From Octopus vulgaris (lineage: Eukaryota), in the NCBI GenBank assembly GCA_951406725.2, contig OX597815.1, positions 103,664,001 to 103,728,000 of the forward strand: a DNA stretch of 64,000 nucleotides. The letters are read 5' to 3'. Position numbers and translations under genes: made by a program. Below are positions 1-13,452 of the stretch, piece after piece. Position 1 is the first letter of the stretch. Every line of letters starts with the position of its first letter. The notes under the pieces are model-generated. The model worked only from the letters and a program-made list of their open reading frames with translations. It had not been told where the DNA came from and did not search any database.

Positions 1-760
<760 letters not shown>

Positions 761-1439
761 ATATATGCATATGTAAATGCATTTATGTTCAGAGAGAGAA
801 ACAAAGCAAAACAGAGATCGTCATACTACAGTCGTTTCGACAGCCTTATCAAGTGTGATATCATATATTTTGCCGTCATATTTCACGTATATTTTGTGTT
901 ATGTGATCAAGAACGATCGCTACCTATCTCAATAATATCAAACCAAAATATAATACAGAAAACCATCAAAATATTTAGGAATTAGAACGTAATATATATA
1001 AGACATGATATGTAATAATGATCTAGAAAATATTTTCTAATGAATTATAAAGAAAGGTTTTATCTTTGCCAAAATGGTATCTTTTGTCTACTTAAACTTA
1101 ATGTTATATTTCTGCCATGGAAGCACAGAAAGGCTGACCAAGAATATGTCAATGGATAATTATATGTATCAGAATATGTTAAGGGATAATTGTATATATT
1201 GTTTTCGGTGTAGTACATAACAGATATAAAAATGTTACCGGTCTCGGTACAAGGACGGCAATTTTTTGAGGGGAATACCATTGACATCAGTACTCGACAC
1301 ATTTATGTACCTAGGAGGGATAAAAACCAGAGTTGTTCTTGGCAGTTTTTGAACTCAGAATCTAAAGAGCCTGAGGAAACACTGAAAAGAACTCTTTAGA
1401 CTCTCTAACGTTTCTATTTCTGCCACCCCACAGGTGTGA

Positions 1440-1452
1440 TAGATAGATAGAT

Positions 1453-1503
<51 letters not shown>

Positions 1504-1550
1504 AGGAAAGAAAGAAAGAAAGAAAAAAGAAAGAAAGAGAGAAAGTAAAA

Positions 1551-1585
<35 letters not shown>

Positions 1586-1586
1586 C

Positions 1587-1654
<68 letters not shown>

Positions 1655-1656
1655 GA
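1440..1656. repeat. (GATA)n-(GA)n-(GAAA)n compound microsatellite
   Basis: Directly visible simple repeats. Confidence 0.97.
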
Positions 1657-2425
1657 GCGGTGACTTTATTAAAGCCCACAAAACCTTTTTGGAGTAATGA
1701 CGGTGTGTGTTGTTCATGGTTAGAAGCCTGGCAGAGCCCACAACTCTCCCGAACAGAGAAAACAACAGACAAAAAGAGTGAGTAAAAGAGAAGAGTGGAC
1801 ATCACACATGACATCTACTCCTTGCATAGGGTTCGATAAAAGGAAAAGCAAATTGGACTTCACTGTTACTTGAACTCACAACAAAGAGAACATGAAGTTT
1901 GACCACAAAGCAATTTCTTCGGCTCTCGAAAGATTCTGCTAGTCGGCCTCATTTAGGTACACATGCATACATGTGGTTGTGAATGAATATATGTATGTGT
2001 ATATCTATGTATATATATGCTTATATGTATATACATATATCTATCTACATGAGTATGTGTGGTGGGGTGTCTGTGTGTGTGTAAGTATGCCAGTGTGTGT
2101 ACGTCAGTAAAAATAATACACATGCACATAATCTTTGTGGGAGAAATGCAGGAAGTTGTTTTTAAACCACAGAGAATTTCTATGTCCCGTAAGTCACTTT
2201 CTTGATTTAAAATTTGTATATATCTTCTTGTCTATGTGCATTAAAATTTTGTTTTGTTTCCTTCATCTCATGTTTTCTGCAGATTGTTCATTCATCACCG
2301 GAATGAACATCTATTCATTTTGGACTTCTATACACTAAATATAATATTCATTCTTTTATGTACATTTGTACATATTGATGTATGAAGTTTTAAACAGCCA
2401 GGTATTGTAATATTACAATTCCGAA

Positions 2426-2636
2426 AGGCGTAGAGCTGACAGAAATGTTAGCACGCCGGGCGAAACTCTTATCGGTATTTCGTCTGTCTTACGTTCTGAG
2501 TTCAAACTTCGCCGAGGTTGACTTTGTCTTTCATCTTTTCGGGGTCGATAAATTAAGCACCAATTTCGTACTGCGGTCGATTTAATCGACTGGCATTCTC
2601 CCTAAAAATCTCGGGCATTTTGTAGAAAAGAATATT
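2426..2636 (+). mobile_element. tRNA-derived SINE monomer (tail type A)
   Basis: Head ggcgtagagctgacagaaatgttagc with B-box-like gagttcaaac. Core shared with the copies at 4123-4522, 28237-28455 and 48307-48915. Ends agaaaagaatatt. Imperfect TSD aatattacaatt at 2409-2420 and 2631-2642. Confidence 0.9.
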
Positions 2637-2766
2637 ACAATTTTGATATGAGTTACGAATGGAAATATTTATTAGTAACGAGTAATGCATTTGTCGTAAG
2701 AGAAATTTCGAAGGAAATGTGGTAGTAATAATACAAATGAATTTTGAAAATTAAATTGTACGAGTA

Positions 2767-4045
2767 GTTGGGTTGTCGGGAAAGTTCGTGCTAATTCTTA
2801 AAGGAAAGAAAAAAGGTAAATAAATACTTGCCACTACATTTATAATCAACCAAATATGAACCATTTTGTTGTACAATGCGTCTCCATCTTTCCTTTAACT
2901 TGAAAATACCCTCTTCCATAATTGAGGTGGTTTCACGGCAAAGAATTCATCAAGGTATCTTTTTACATCATCCAAGGAATTGAAATTTTTACAATTAAGA
3001 CTGCAGAGACCTGAATAAGTAGAAATCCGGAGGAGGAATATCTGGTGAATATGGAGGGTGGGGTAACACATCCCAGCCAGGCTGCAGCAATTTTTGTCTG
3101 GTTCCCAAAAGAAACGTGCGGTCTTGCATTATCATGTTGGAAAACAACACCCTTCCTGTTGGCCGATTCTGGACATTTCTCTTTACTTGCTACTTTTAAC
3201 TCATCCAGTTGTGTGCAGAATTTCTCAGAATTAATTGTCTGGTTACTTGGTAGAATCTCATGGTACAGAATTTCTTTCCAATCCCACCGGACACAAAGAC
3301 ATTTTTAGGGTGAAGACTCGCTTTTGGGGTGGTTAAGGGTGGCCCATGTCGCTTTCTCCAGGATCACTTTCTCTGAACATTTCGATAGATAATCCATTTC
3401 TCATCGTCTGTCACAATCTGCTTTAAAAAAAGGCGCGTTTTCATTCCGTTTATAAAGCGTATCACAGATGGAAAGGCGATCCAAAAGGTTCTCCTCACTC
3501 AACTTATGTGGTACCCAAACATCGTGGCGATTTGTGTGCCCAAACTTTACTAGGTGCTCATGAACGACGGATTTTGATAGGTTGAGGCTTTCTGCCAATT
3601 CTCGGGTTGTGCAATATGAGCTATTATCAATTAATGACTTGATTTGGTCATCATCTGTAGTGGATTGTCTGCCTGATCGCTCTTTATCAATAAGGCTACA
3701 ATCTCCAGCTCGAAATCTTGCAAACTACTTCCACACACTTCTTTCGGATAAAGAAACATCACCGTAAACTGCACATATTTATTTGGTTGCTTGTGAGGCG
3801 TTTTTCCCTTTACGGAAAAATAAAAGCATCAAGTGCCGAAAAATGAACTTTCTTATCTTCCATTTTAAACGATTACAGAATTAACACAGGTTATAGGAAC
3901 ATAAACCTTCTTCCACGAAAAGATAACGTAAACTGTGCTCTAAATAGAGGTGTAGTCAAATCCTATTTTATGGACTCAACCATGTTCTAAAATAAGTCGA
4001 AAGCAAAGCTACTATAAATCGGCATGAACTTTCTGGACAACCTAA
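2767..4045 (-). mobile_element. Mariner DNA transposon, full length (~1.28 kb), decayed
   Basis: Imperfect TIRs: left gttgggttgtcgggaaagttcgtgc, right (reverse complement) ttaggttgtccagaaagttcatgc. TA dinucleotides at 2765-66 and 4046-47. Confidence 0.93.
2830..3863 (-). pseudogene. Mariner transposase pseudogene
   Basis: Starts MEDKKVHF at 3863. WVPHKL (WVPHEL motif) in ORF 3401-3598. HPPYSPDIPPPDFYLFRSLQ (YSPDLAP motif) at ~3001-3061. Stops and frameshifts throughout; 3' boundary approximate. Confidence 0.9.
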
Positions 4046-4122
4046 TAAAATTGCTGTTATGTACAAAAAAAATATCACTGCTTTAACGTTAGGCCTTTTA
4101 TCATGATGGAGAAAGAAAATCT

Positions 4123-4522
4123 TTTTTACTCTAGGAACAAGGCTCGAAATGTTTTTAGTAGAGAGGGGACAGGCGATTAGATCGACCCCTATACGCAACT
4201 CGTACTTAATTTATCGACCCCGAAATGATGAAAGGCAAAGTCGACCTCGGTGGAATTTGAACTCAGAACGTAAAGACAAACGAAATACCTATTTCTTTAC
4301 TACCCACAAGGGGCTAAACACAGAGGGGACAAACAAGAACAGACAAACGGATTAAATCGATTACATCGACCCCAGTGCGTAACTGGTACTTATTTAATCG
4401 ACCCCGAAAGAATGAAAGGCAAAGTCGACCTCGGCGGAATTTGAACTCAGAACGCAGCGGGGGACGAAATACCACAAAGCATTTCGCCCGGCGTGCTAAC
4501 CGTTCTGCCAGCTCGCCGGCTT
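4123..4522 (-). mobile_element. Dimeric tRNA-derived SINE (head+core+tail B, then core+tail A)
   Basis: Two copies of the core (..gaccccgaaa..atgaaaggcaaagtcgacctcgg..gaatttgaactcagaacg). A single TSD pair tggagaaaga(a/c)aatct at 4107-4122 and 4523-4538. Confidence 0.92.
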
Positions 4523-6733
4523 TGGAGAAAGACAATCTGTGGAAGTAACGTGTGCTGCTATACAGGAATCATTGTAGCAATTATTTCCGTTCTGTATTTA
4601 ACCAATATTTACTTTGTGCATTTTTGTATAATAATCTCACTAAGGCTGTTAATTGACCATAATTGTAGAATAAAAGAGAATATCTTCCTTTGATAGTTAT
4701 TGTTCCAGTGCTCTTCAAATTCTTTTGCTCTATTCTTTGGATGTATTTGTCGTGAGTTAGATTCCGCTTTCAGACATCATATGCAGGATACAATGGATAT
4801 GTTTATGATCAATGTCTACACCTGGCCAATATGTACAGAAATCTCTCAGAATGATTTAAGCATATTTCTATCTGTTAGGTGAAAGAAGATTAATTCCTAC
4901 CACTTTTTCTCCCTTCTTTTTTTTTTTTTTTCGTCCAAGTGACAAATAGTAACTTTTAACAGTGATACAATGTCACACATTTCACAACATTTGAAACGCT
5001 ACTTTCTTTTTTCAACCCCGTATAGTAAGTAGCAATGCGGAAGTCGGTGGAATATGAACTCAGAACTATAACGAATTACTGCACGGTATGTTTCGTGGCG
5101 CTAATGATCCTACAAATCTAATGCTTTTTAATCCCTAAATGTGTCCATTGAGGTTTCATAGATTTTTTTCCTGTAAGGGGATAAAGATGTCATGAAACGC
5201 ATTTCGATTGCTATCACTTGCAAAAGAAAATATTTCTTGGCTATATAGATTATTCCAATATCATGTATGAGTTCTATACATTTCTCATTAACGAATATCT
5301 TGCTGTTGCATTATCACACACATGAAGTATTTTATATCTTTTCATAATTTCATGACAGACCATGTTGCAGAAGGTCTGCTCCATCTACAGTGTTATGTAT
5401 TGTGCATTTTTAATGATAGTTCCACGTTTCTCACATATGGAAGAAAAATGCTATATGACTATTTGTTGGTTTCCTCTGGAGGAAAAAAATGTATCTATGA
5501 CTTTCACAGATCTTACGAGTACAGGGCGATTGATGCCATTAACATATCTTTTAAACTGCTGCTATAACTTAACAGAAAACACTTTCGTTATACATTCTTC
5601 ATCTTGTTTTCTATGAGATTTGTTTAAGGCAACTGTAAACATGAAGATAGACAGGTGTTCAGGCATGTTGAAGCATGTTTATGATATATTTACAGAAGGA
5701 TTACATTGCTTCAAATATTGTACACAATATGTTCAACAATATCGATGAATATAGAATATCTGAAGTTGACACCCCAGTAACATGTTTATGAACTCAAAAG
5801 CACAAGAAACATATCAATCTTCACTAAATTTTGCAGAAAATGGCATGCGGCGGTCTATTTCTATATTAAAATTCATCCATGTTCATCAAAGTTAAGATGG
5901 CCTATATTCGAAATAAGATTAAATGGATATGCCGTAAATGCCGCGAGACAGAACACAAATATATCAATTCCATACAATTCCGAAAAGCCCTGATTGATAT
6001 GTAGCTACACATACTCTTTCACTAAACGCCAGGACATCACGAAGCCACCAGACAATACGCACTCATAAGGAAGAAACAATTACTGTAATCTGCTATGCTA
6101 TTGGTAAGGAGGTAATGAATATACGATTAGCGAACTCCGGGCCTTCCTTGAGGAAGGCCAAGACAAACAACACCACATGTACATTATCCAGCTGATCGAT
6201 CAAAGATGAAAATGTACATCTGCTGATCCGCTTGGACCAGCAAAATTTTAATGAGTTCTAGACCGGAAGTACTATCAGGCAACTACACAAAATTGCTAAA
6301 GGACACCTCTATGCTAATGCTATGCTAATGATTCTTTTACGAAAACTATTTAATTTTTCATTGAGCCACAGAAAGAAAAATTGGAAAGATGAAGAGAAAA
6401 ATGCAGTTTAATTAACAAATACAACCCACGTGTTAATAACAGATCTGAACTGCTCACAGATTATTGGTTACTATAGCAATGCAAAACAATCATTGATACA
6501 TATACACTACGGAACAAAAGTGGCCGACTAAAAACATTATTTCTCCGAAAATTTCTGAAGTAGTAAAATCCGAAAATACTGAAATACGAGGTAAACGTAC
6601 AAACTATTGACCTGTAAAATTAACATTTCACAACTTGCATACTTTTGAATATTAAAATGTACTTACAAACATTTTTGTATATCAGACAATACTTCGTGAA
6701 AACTAAATAGCTAGCTAGATAAATTGATTGATG

Positions 6734-6979
<246 letters not shown>

Positions 6980-7688
6980 CCTAAAGGTTTATCCAACATT
7001 TACAGTACTGATTTTTAAAGTTACTAATTTAACTTTCAAAATAGATAACGGATAGACGGAAAGAAAATAGTCTGAAGTGAAATTGACTTAAAGTCATTCT
7101 ACTTATTACTTAAAGCCATTCCACTTATCTACGAAAACGCTCTGGAAGATTTAAACGCTTTTGAAGATTGATAACGCACAAGAGAAATTCATTTATAATA
7201 TACTTCATTCGAAATTTATTTACATTTGTGTAACTAAGAGGCGACTTACCTCATATTTTATTCATTGTTTTTTTTTTATTTCTATTTGAATATATGGAAT
7301 TAAATAGCCAGAGGTTATCATATATAGATATATATTTTCGCAAGTTTACAAAAATTATATACGTGCAAGCTGACATATATGGAAACGACATAGTTATATT
7401 TATTATACATGCATACATAAATATACACTCGTTATTATATATCAGTTGTCCACTTAACATTATTGTCGTAATAAAAGCAACAAAAAGAACATATCCGTTG
7501 CTATTGATGAGGAATCTAGTATCTCTTTCGCTTTTGTACTTACTACTATGGAGATGAAGAATATGCAGCACCCACCAACTACACATAGCTGAATTCGAAT
7601 TTTGAAGAACGAAGCTCCGTTATACATGCACTACAGATGCCCACATTATCTAACTTTGCAAGTCTTAAAAGGATAAATGATAACGAAA

Positions 7689-8062
7689 TCTCTCTATGTA
7701 TAAACGGCAAAATGTCTGTCTGTGGGTGTGTGTGTATCCTTTATACAAATCCACAATTTTTTAGTTAGAAGGCTCGCACTTTCTATAGTCATTCAAAACC
7801 GTCCAAGGGTGGTCGTGCACATCTTTACATTTCCCCGGTCACCCAGCAAAGCCATTAAAAAGTCAATAGAAGTGACTTTTTTGTGAATTTTCAATCCAAA
7901 ACCCAATCAAAATGCCCGAAACTTGATACGCCAATTGAATGCCAGCTAGCTGTATGTGATTGATCGGAAATTTGGACAGTAATCGCGTGTATGTGCGCAC
8001 GCACACAGCTGTATATGCATGCACTATCACTATGACCCGGCGTTGCCAGGTCATAGTGCTAG
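7689..8062 (+). mobile_element. Non-autonomous Helitron
   Basis: A|TC 5' end followed by tataaa and (gtct)-like repeats. 3' palindrome actatcactatgacccggc-gtt-gccaggtcatagtgctagt ending CTAG|T. Sits between A and T with no TSD. Confidence 0.8.
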
Positions 8063-8135
8063 TGAGGGAATAAAAGCAGAGGGCTTCATTACTTTTATGA
8101 GAAAGCAAATATATTTTCTTTACAAATTCGCCACG

Positions 8136-8334
8136 AAGCAGAATTTTTAGCACGCTGGATGAAATGCTTAACAACATTTCGCCCGACGCTGCAGTCTGAA
8201 TTCCGATTCTGCGGAGGTCAACTTTGCCTTTCTTCACTTCGGGATCGATAAATTAAGTACTAGTTGAACACTAGGGTCGATATAATCGACTCACCCCTCC
8301 CCCCAAATTGCTGGCCCTGTGGCTTTAAAACCAC

Positions 8335-8391
<57 letters not shown>

Positions 8392-8392
8392 C
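8136..8392 (+). mobile_element. Older tRNA-derived SINE copy ending in an (ATT)n tail
   Basis: Diverged match to the SINE core (gaggtcaactttgccttt...gatcgataaattaagtac...ggtcgatataatcgact). (ATT)n at ~8336-8390. Confidence 0.8.
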
Positions 8393-9560
8393 ATTTATTG
8401 TCTTTGCACAGCTTCTAACGCTGTAGATGTACTACGGTGCGAGCTGTTCGGTACCAGTGAACTAAGGTAACAACCCTTATTTTTCACAGCAGCACCCGGA
8501 GTATTCGACCCGTTGCAAGCAGTGCTGTTTTCTGCAAGTGATCCACCATTGTTGCAGCCCCTATTTGTTCCATGTACTTCTCAATATCTTTACTCACTGT
8601 TTTCAGGGATCCGACAGTTATTGGTTCTACTGCCACCTTTTTCAGGAACCACAACTGCTTAACATCCCAAGCTAACCTGTCATGTCTATCGACTTGTCTT
8701 TCTTCCTTATCGCGTACCTTGTTGCCAGCTAGGCATGCTATATCTATGATCCAGCATCGTTTGCTTTCTTTCTCAATTAAGACTATGTCTGGTTTCTTAT
8801 TCTCTATCTCATGGTCGCACTGAATCATAAAATCCCATAGGATCTTTGCATTACTATTTTCTATGATGCCTTCGGGTTTATATTCGTACCACATTTTTGC
8901 TTGTTGCAAAGTGTCCAGTGGACAATCCTTGCTATGTTGTCATGAGGTTTTTTTTATATTCTTTCTGAGCTAGTGGCGTACATTGACTGGTAATATGCCA
9001 TATGGTTTCACCATTTTGTCCACAAATTCTCAATGTCTGATGTGTTGTCTGTTCTTTATTTGATGTAATTGGTTCTTAATGCTTGCTCTTGGGCAGCACA
9101 GATTAGAGCCTCCGTGTCCGGTTTTAAACTACTTTTAATCCTCCATAGCCGTCTTTTTTCTCTATCTGTTTTATCTTCAACATCCCTATGAAATTGCCCA
9201 TGCATTCTTTTCTTTATCCAGCTATGTTCTGCTTTATTCATTCTCAATTCCTTGTATAGTGCTCTATCTTGGCAATTTTTCATCCTTCAGAAGCCTGACC
9301 TTCTTACTTCCAATAATAGTGGTTCTGTGGTATTTTTACATACCATACTATATTGTTTTCTTCTGCTCTAATGCTATGTTAGCATCCAATCAGTCCACTT
9401 CCACCTCATTGTCTTGGTACATACAGTCTGTCTGTGTCACTTTTTGGGTAGGGTATCCTATATCTAGTTATCTAGGGTATCCTATATCTAGTTCCTTGTG
9501 TTTCTGTCTAAGCTGTTTAGTTCGTCTACTGTCCATGCAATTACCCCTACTCCCTATCTA
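8393..9560 (-). mobile_element. R4/Dong-clade non-LTR retrotransposon 3' remnant (restriction-like endonuclease)
   Basis: ORF 8484-8909 has KILWDF..KKPDIVL..WIIDIAC..KE..LQKTALL, the PD-(D/E)xK REL domain typical of R4/Dong. ORF 9056-9283 has MHGQF..LKPDTEALICAAQEQALRTNY. The 3' end abuts (TAA)n on the minus strand. 5' boundary approximate. Confidence 0.85.
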
Positions 9561-9761
9561 AGTAGTGAAACCGCTGATCTTTTAAAGGACGTGAGCCAGT
9601 GATTGTGTGCTTATATACTAGCTGTAAGAGTGCGTGGATGTGCTATGTATCGGTACGCGTGTAAGGTGGCGTAAGGGTAAGAACTGATGTCATCTGCTAG
9701 CTGTTAGGTATGTGTGTGTAAATGTATCAGTGTATGTGTGTGTGTTAGCGTGTGTGTAGAT

Positions 9762-9904
9762 ATACATACATACATACATACATATATACATACATACTTA
9801 CATACACACATACATACATACATACATACATACATACATACATACATACATACATACATACATACATACATACATACATACATACATACATACATACATA
9901 CATA
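9762..9904. repeat. (TACA)n microsatellite
   Basis: Directly visible. Similar (TATG)n/(TACA)n arrays lie at ~12040-12205, ~49705-49770 and ~59450-59630. Confidence 0.97.
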
Positions 9905-10364
9905 AAGACAATTAACGCAGAGTAGTCAATGTATGTAGACAGAAAACAAATCAAGTCACATTATAAGCCGTAATAAAGTAATTCTCGACTCATTGAAATT
10001 ATTTCCTGTTGGTGAGAAAGTAAAATAATTCCCTGATGCTAATTCCAAATAAGAAGGGAAGATAATATCAAGAATCAAAAATTGGTATTAAAGAAAATAA
10101 ATTCTGATTATCTAGAATCAAGAGGACACCTGTAGACATGTTTCTAATTCAATAGGCGTCAACAGTTCTACCTTATCTGAAGAAGGCGTGATAAACGATA
10201 ATTATTAGAAAGCATTTGTGGCCTACGTAATTTGAATTACTTATTGTTATTGAACTTAGAAAAATACCTTAGTAGCCTGAGGTATATATTTCAAAAATAA
10301 AGTTGATAAAAATATGTTGTGTATAATGTCATACACCATATAAATTCTCCAGACACCCTTTATA

Positions 10365-10436
<72 letters not shown>

Positions 10437-12088
10437 CGTGCGTGTGTGTATACGTTTATACATCCTTCTATATGACTATTCTTTTTCTAAATGTTGCAAT
10501 ACAGTACATGAGTACACCCTATGGACATTAATCAGTTTTTTTATATTGTGCCCAAGTGTTGTCGTAACCTTTGATAAATGTCCTTGGTTCTCTTCGTCCT
10601 ACTTCATATCTAGTTATTTTCTTTGATGTTTGTTAGATCCGATTCGTTCAAGGACTGCTTCTTGAATTTCCCATCTGCTGAAGGTATTCTTTATTTTTTT
10701 TTTTTTCATAATTTTTACAATTGTCCTAAAATCTGTTGGGAATTACATTGATTTCATGGCCGGTAATGTTGCTTGCTTCAAAGTATTTGTAATCTGAAGA
10801 CATATTTATTAATTGATTTTATATAATGCTTTAAAGAATGTGATCTGCATTAAGGCTACGAATTATACAAAGAAACATATAAATGGATTGACATTGATGC
10901 TGGATGATATGATATGACTAGCAGCGTATCTGATTATCTTTGAGTTTTATTTTTTGAAATTTCTTTTGTATTGAACACATTGTTGGTCATCTAAAAGAAA
11001 AAAAAACAATTTAGGGGTCAGTTTTTAAGATGTTGCTAGATGATTGTGGAAACCCTTTACAATTACAAAATTTAAATAGATGGAATCGATGTTGAATTTT
11101 GCAGTATAGTAGTGGAAAGAAGTAAGTGGCAATGTTTTTGCATAAAGATAATCAATTTTTCCTGCTGTCCAAGCTTATGGTAGATTACTACTTATATTAG
11201 ACATAGTCAATAGACGTTGCACGACAAACTATATGACCAATTTTTTAAAGATAGGTAATCTCTTGCTAAAATTCTGTTAATATATAAATTGTGTCATTGA
11301 TATTTATTTATCGTCTTCATATAGCTAATTAATGTTGTTAATAGTGTTGCCACGGATATTGTTGTAGTTTTTTGTTTTTCCCAACAGCTCAGCCCCAAAT
11401 GAGGCCACCTGTGAAAGAAATCATTCTAGCTTTAACAATCATGCCAGATTAGATTTTCCAGTGTTGCCATCTTTTAATATGGTTGGTTGCACTTTGAAGG
11501 AGATTCCGCCGCTATTTCTAGCAGGTCGAGCGACCGGGTTAATCATTGTGCGTTATTAAGTCTTCTATTGATAGATGGAAAGCAAAGTGATTTCGACGCA
11601 TAAGTAGACGTATCCCAAAGTCTAAAGGCATCTTGTTAAATGCTCAACCATTTTAGCCCCTTCGTCATATGTTAAGAGTCGTTTGAGTCGTTTTAATCCA
11701 TTTTGGAATCCGACCAGTACTTCATTGTATCAATAGCTAATGCCACTGACTATTACAACATCTAGAATACAAGAAGTTATTAGAAAATTTTATAGACCCA
11801 AGAACATTAATACACGTGGTTAAGTATAAAGTATCCTTAAAATATACTGAAAGGCGAACTTGACTTGGGTAACAGTCGAAATTAGAAAGTATTATGACAT
11901 AAAGGTCCCTATGTTGTCTTCCACACACACATACATGCACACAGACACACACACATGTATACACATACACATATATATATATAGTTAATCACACGCGTAG
12001 CTACCTACCTACATACATACACATTGCATACATACATACATGTGTGTGTATGTGTGTATGTATACATGTATGTATGTATGTATGTATG

Positions 12089-12122
<34 letters not shown>

Positions 12123-13389
12123 TGTATGTATATATGTATGTATGTATGTATGCATGTATGTATGTATACATGCATGTATGTATGTATGTATATATGTATG
12201 TATGTATTTATCTAAAATTTCTAATGCATTATTCTAAAGATTAAGCATATTGAATAAACCTGAACTTTGAAATTTAATGGTTGAATTTAGATTATCTGTA
12301 TATATGACAGAGATGATTGATTAATTGGTATTATGTGTGTAATTGTTATTCAGCCCAGGCCAACCTTGATGCTGCAAACCCATCATCAAAGGAGCTCCAG
12401 TAGTGACGATTCCTTCTTTTCGCATATCGGTCCTTAAATTGTATTATGTGGTATGGAAATGTAAAGTTAAACCCGCTTATTTGTCTATGATATTGATATC
12501 TTTCTGGAAAGCATTGGAATGTTTTTTAAATTGTGATAAACATTAAAATTGGTTTTCTGTTTCTTCTTATTTTACTGGCACAGTTAGAGGAGAAGAGACA
12601 GCACTCCTTATGTTTCACTTCCGATACTTTTAAAGGGAAGGAAGAACAATATACCCAGATTGGAGATCTTACACGAGTGAATGCAATATAAAAGATATTA
12701 CTAAGTTTCTCAAGGGATTAAGTCCCATATAAAAACATGAAAGACTCCTGTATCGGACTTTCATACAAGTTCCGTGCACTAAATTTCATTCACAAAGTCT
12801 TGGTTACAGTAAAAATACCAGGTTACAGTAAAAATACAGGTACCAACGGTGTCTTGCAGTGCGGTTGAGCCTATATCCATAAGCTACACCTAAGAGTGTA
12901 AAAATGAACAGATCCATGCAACTGTGAAATGTCGAAGGATAATTTTGTGTCTTAAGCGGTGCTCGTAAAAATATGATATCCATGTATAAATCTTAACTGT
13001 ATCTGTTCTCGTTAATTGCTATTCATATGTGATGTGTATTTAGTCTTAAACAACGAATTTCAATATTATACTGCCGTATGATAGATAGTAGTGGAAAGCC
13101 TCTCAGCTGGTGTTTGAATGAATATGAAATTATTTGTAATCTTCGTGTGATATGAAGGGAATGATAGTTGTGTTTTATCCAATAAAACTTTTATGAGATC
13201 CAGTTTTACAGTTTGATTTCTCAAAAGACACTCTTCGGTAATCGTTAACATCATCGCCTGGCGTACAAAAGGTGCATGGTCATAGTTTGTGTTTAAAAAA
13301 GTAACTGTATTACCTATGTGTGAGTGCCTATCTGTACGTTTGTGCGTAAGTGGGAGGGAGAGAGAGAGAGATAAAGACAGATAGTTAAG

Positions 13390-13452
<63 letters not shown>

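Noticed and set aside
4700-6310. Short ORFs and moderately complex sequence that could be exons or a decayed gene
   Set aside because: No recognisable motif in the frames I translated, with frequent stops. A tblastx or RNA-seq check would be needed.
10637-12691. Possible + strand exons at 10637-10683 (ag..gt) and 12584-12691 (good polypyrimidine tract, ends in TAA)
   Set aside because: Splice-like signals only; the peptides are unrecognisable and such sites arise by chance in AT-rich DNA.
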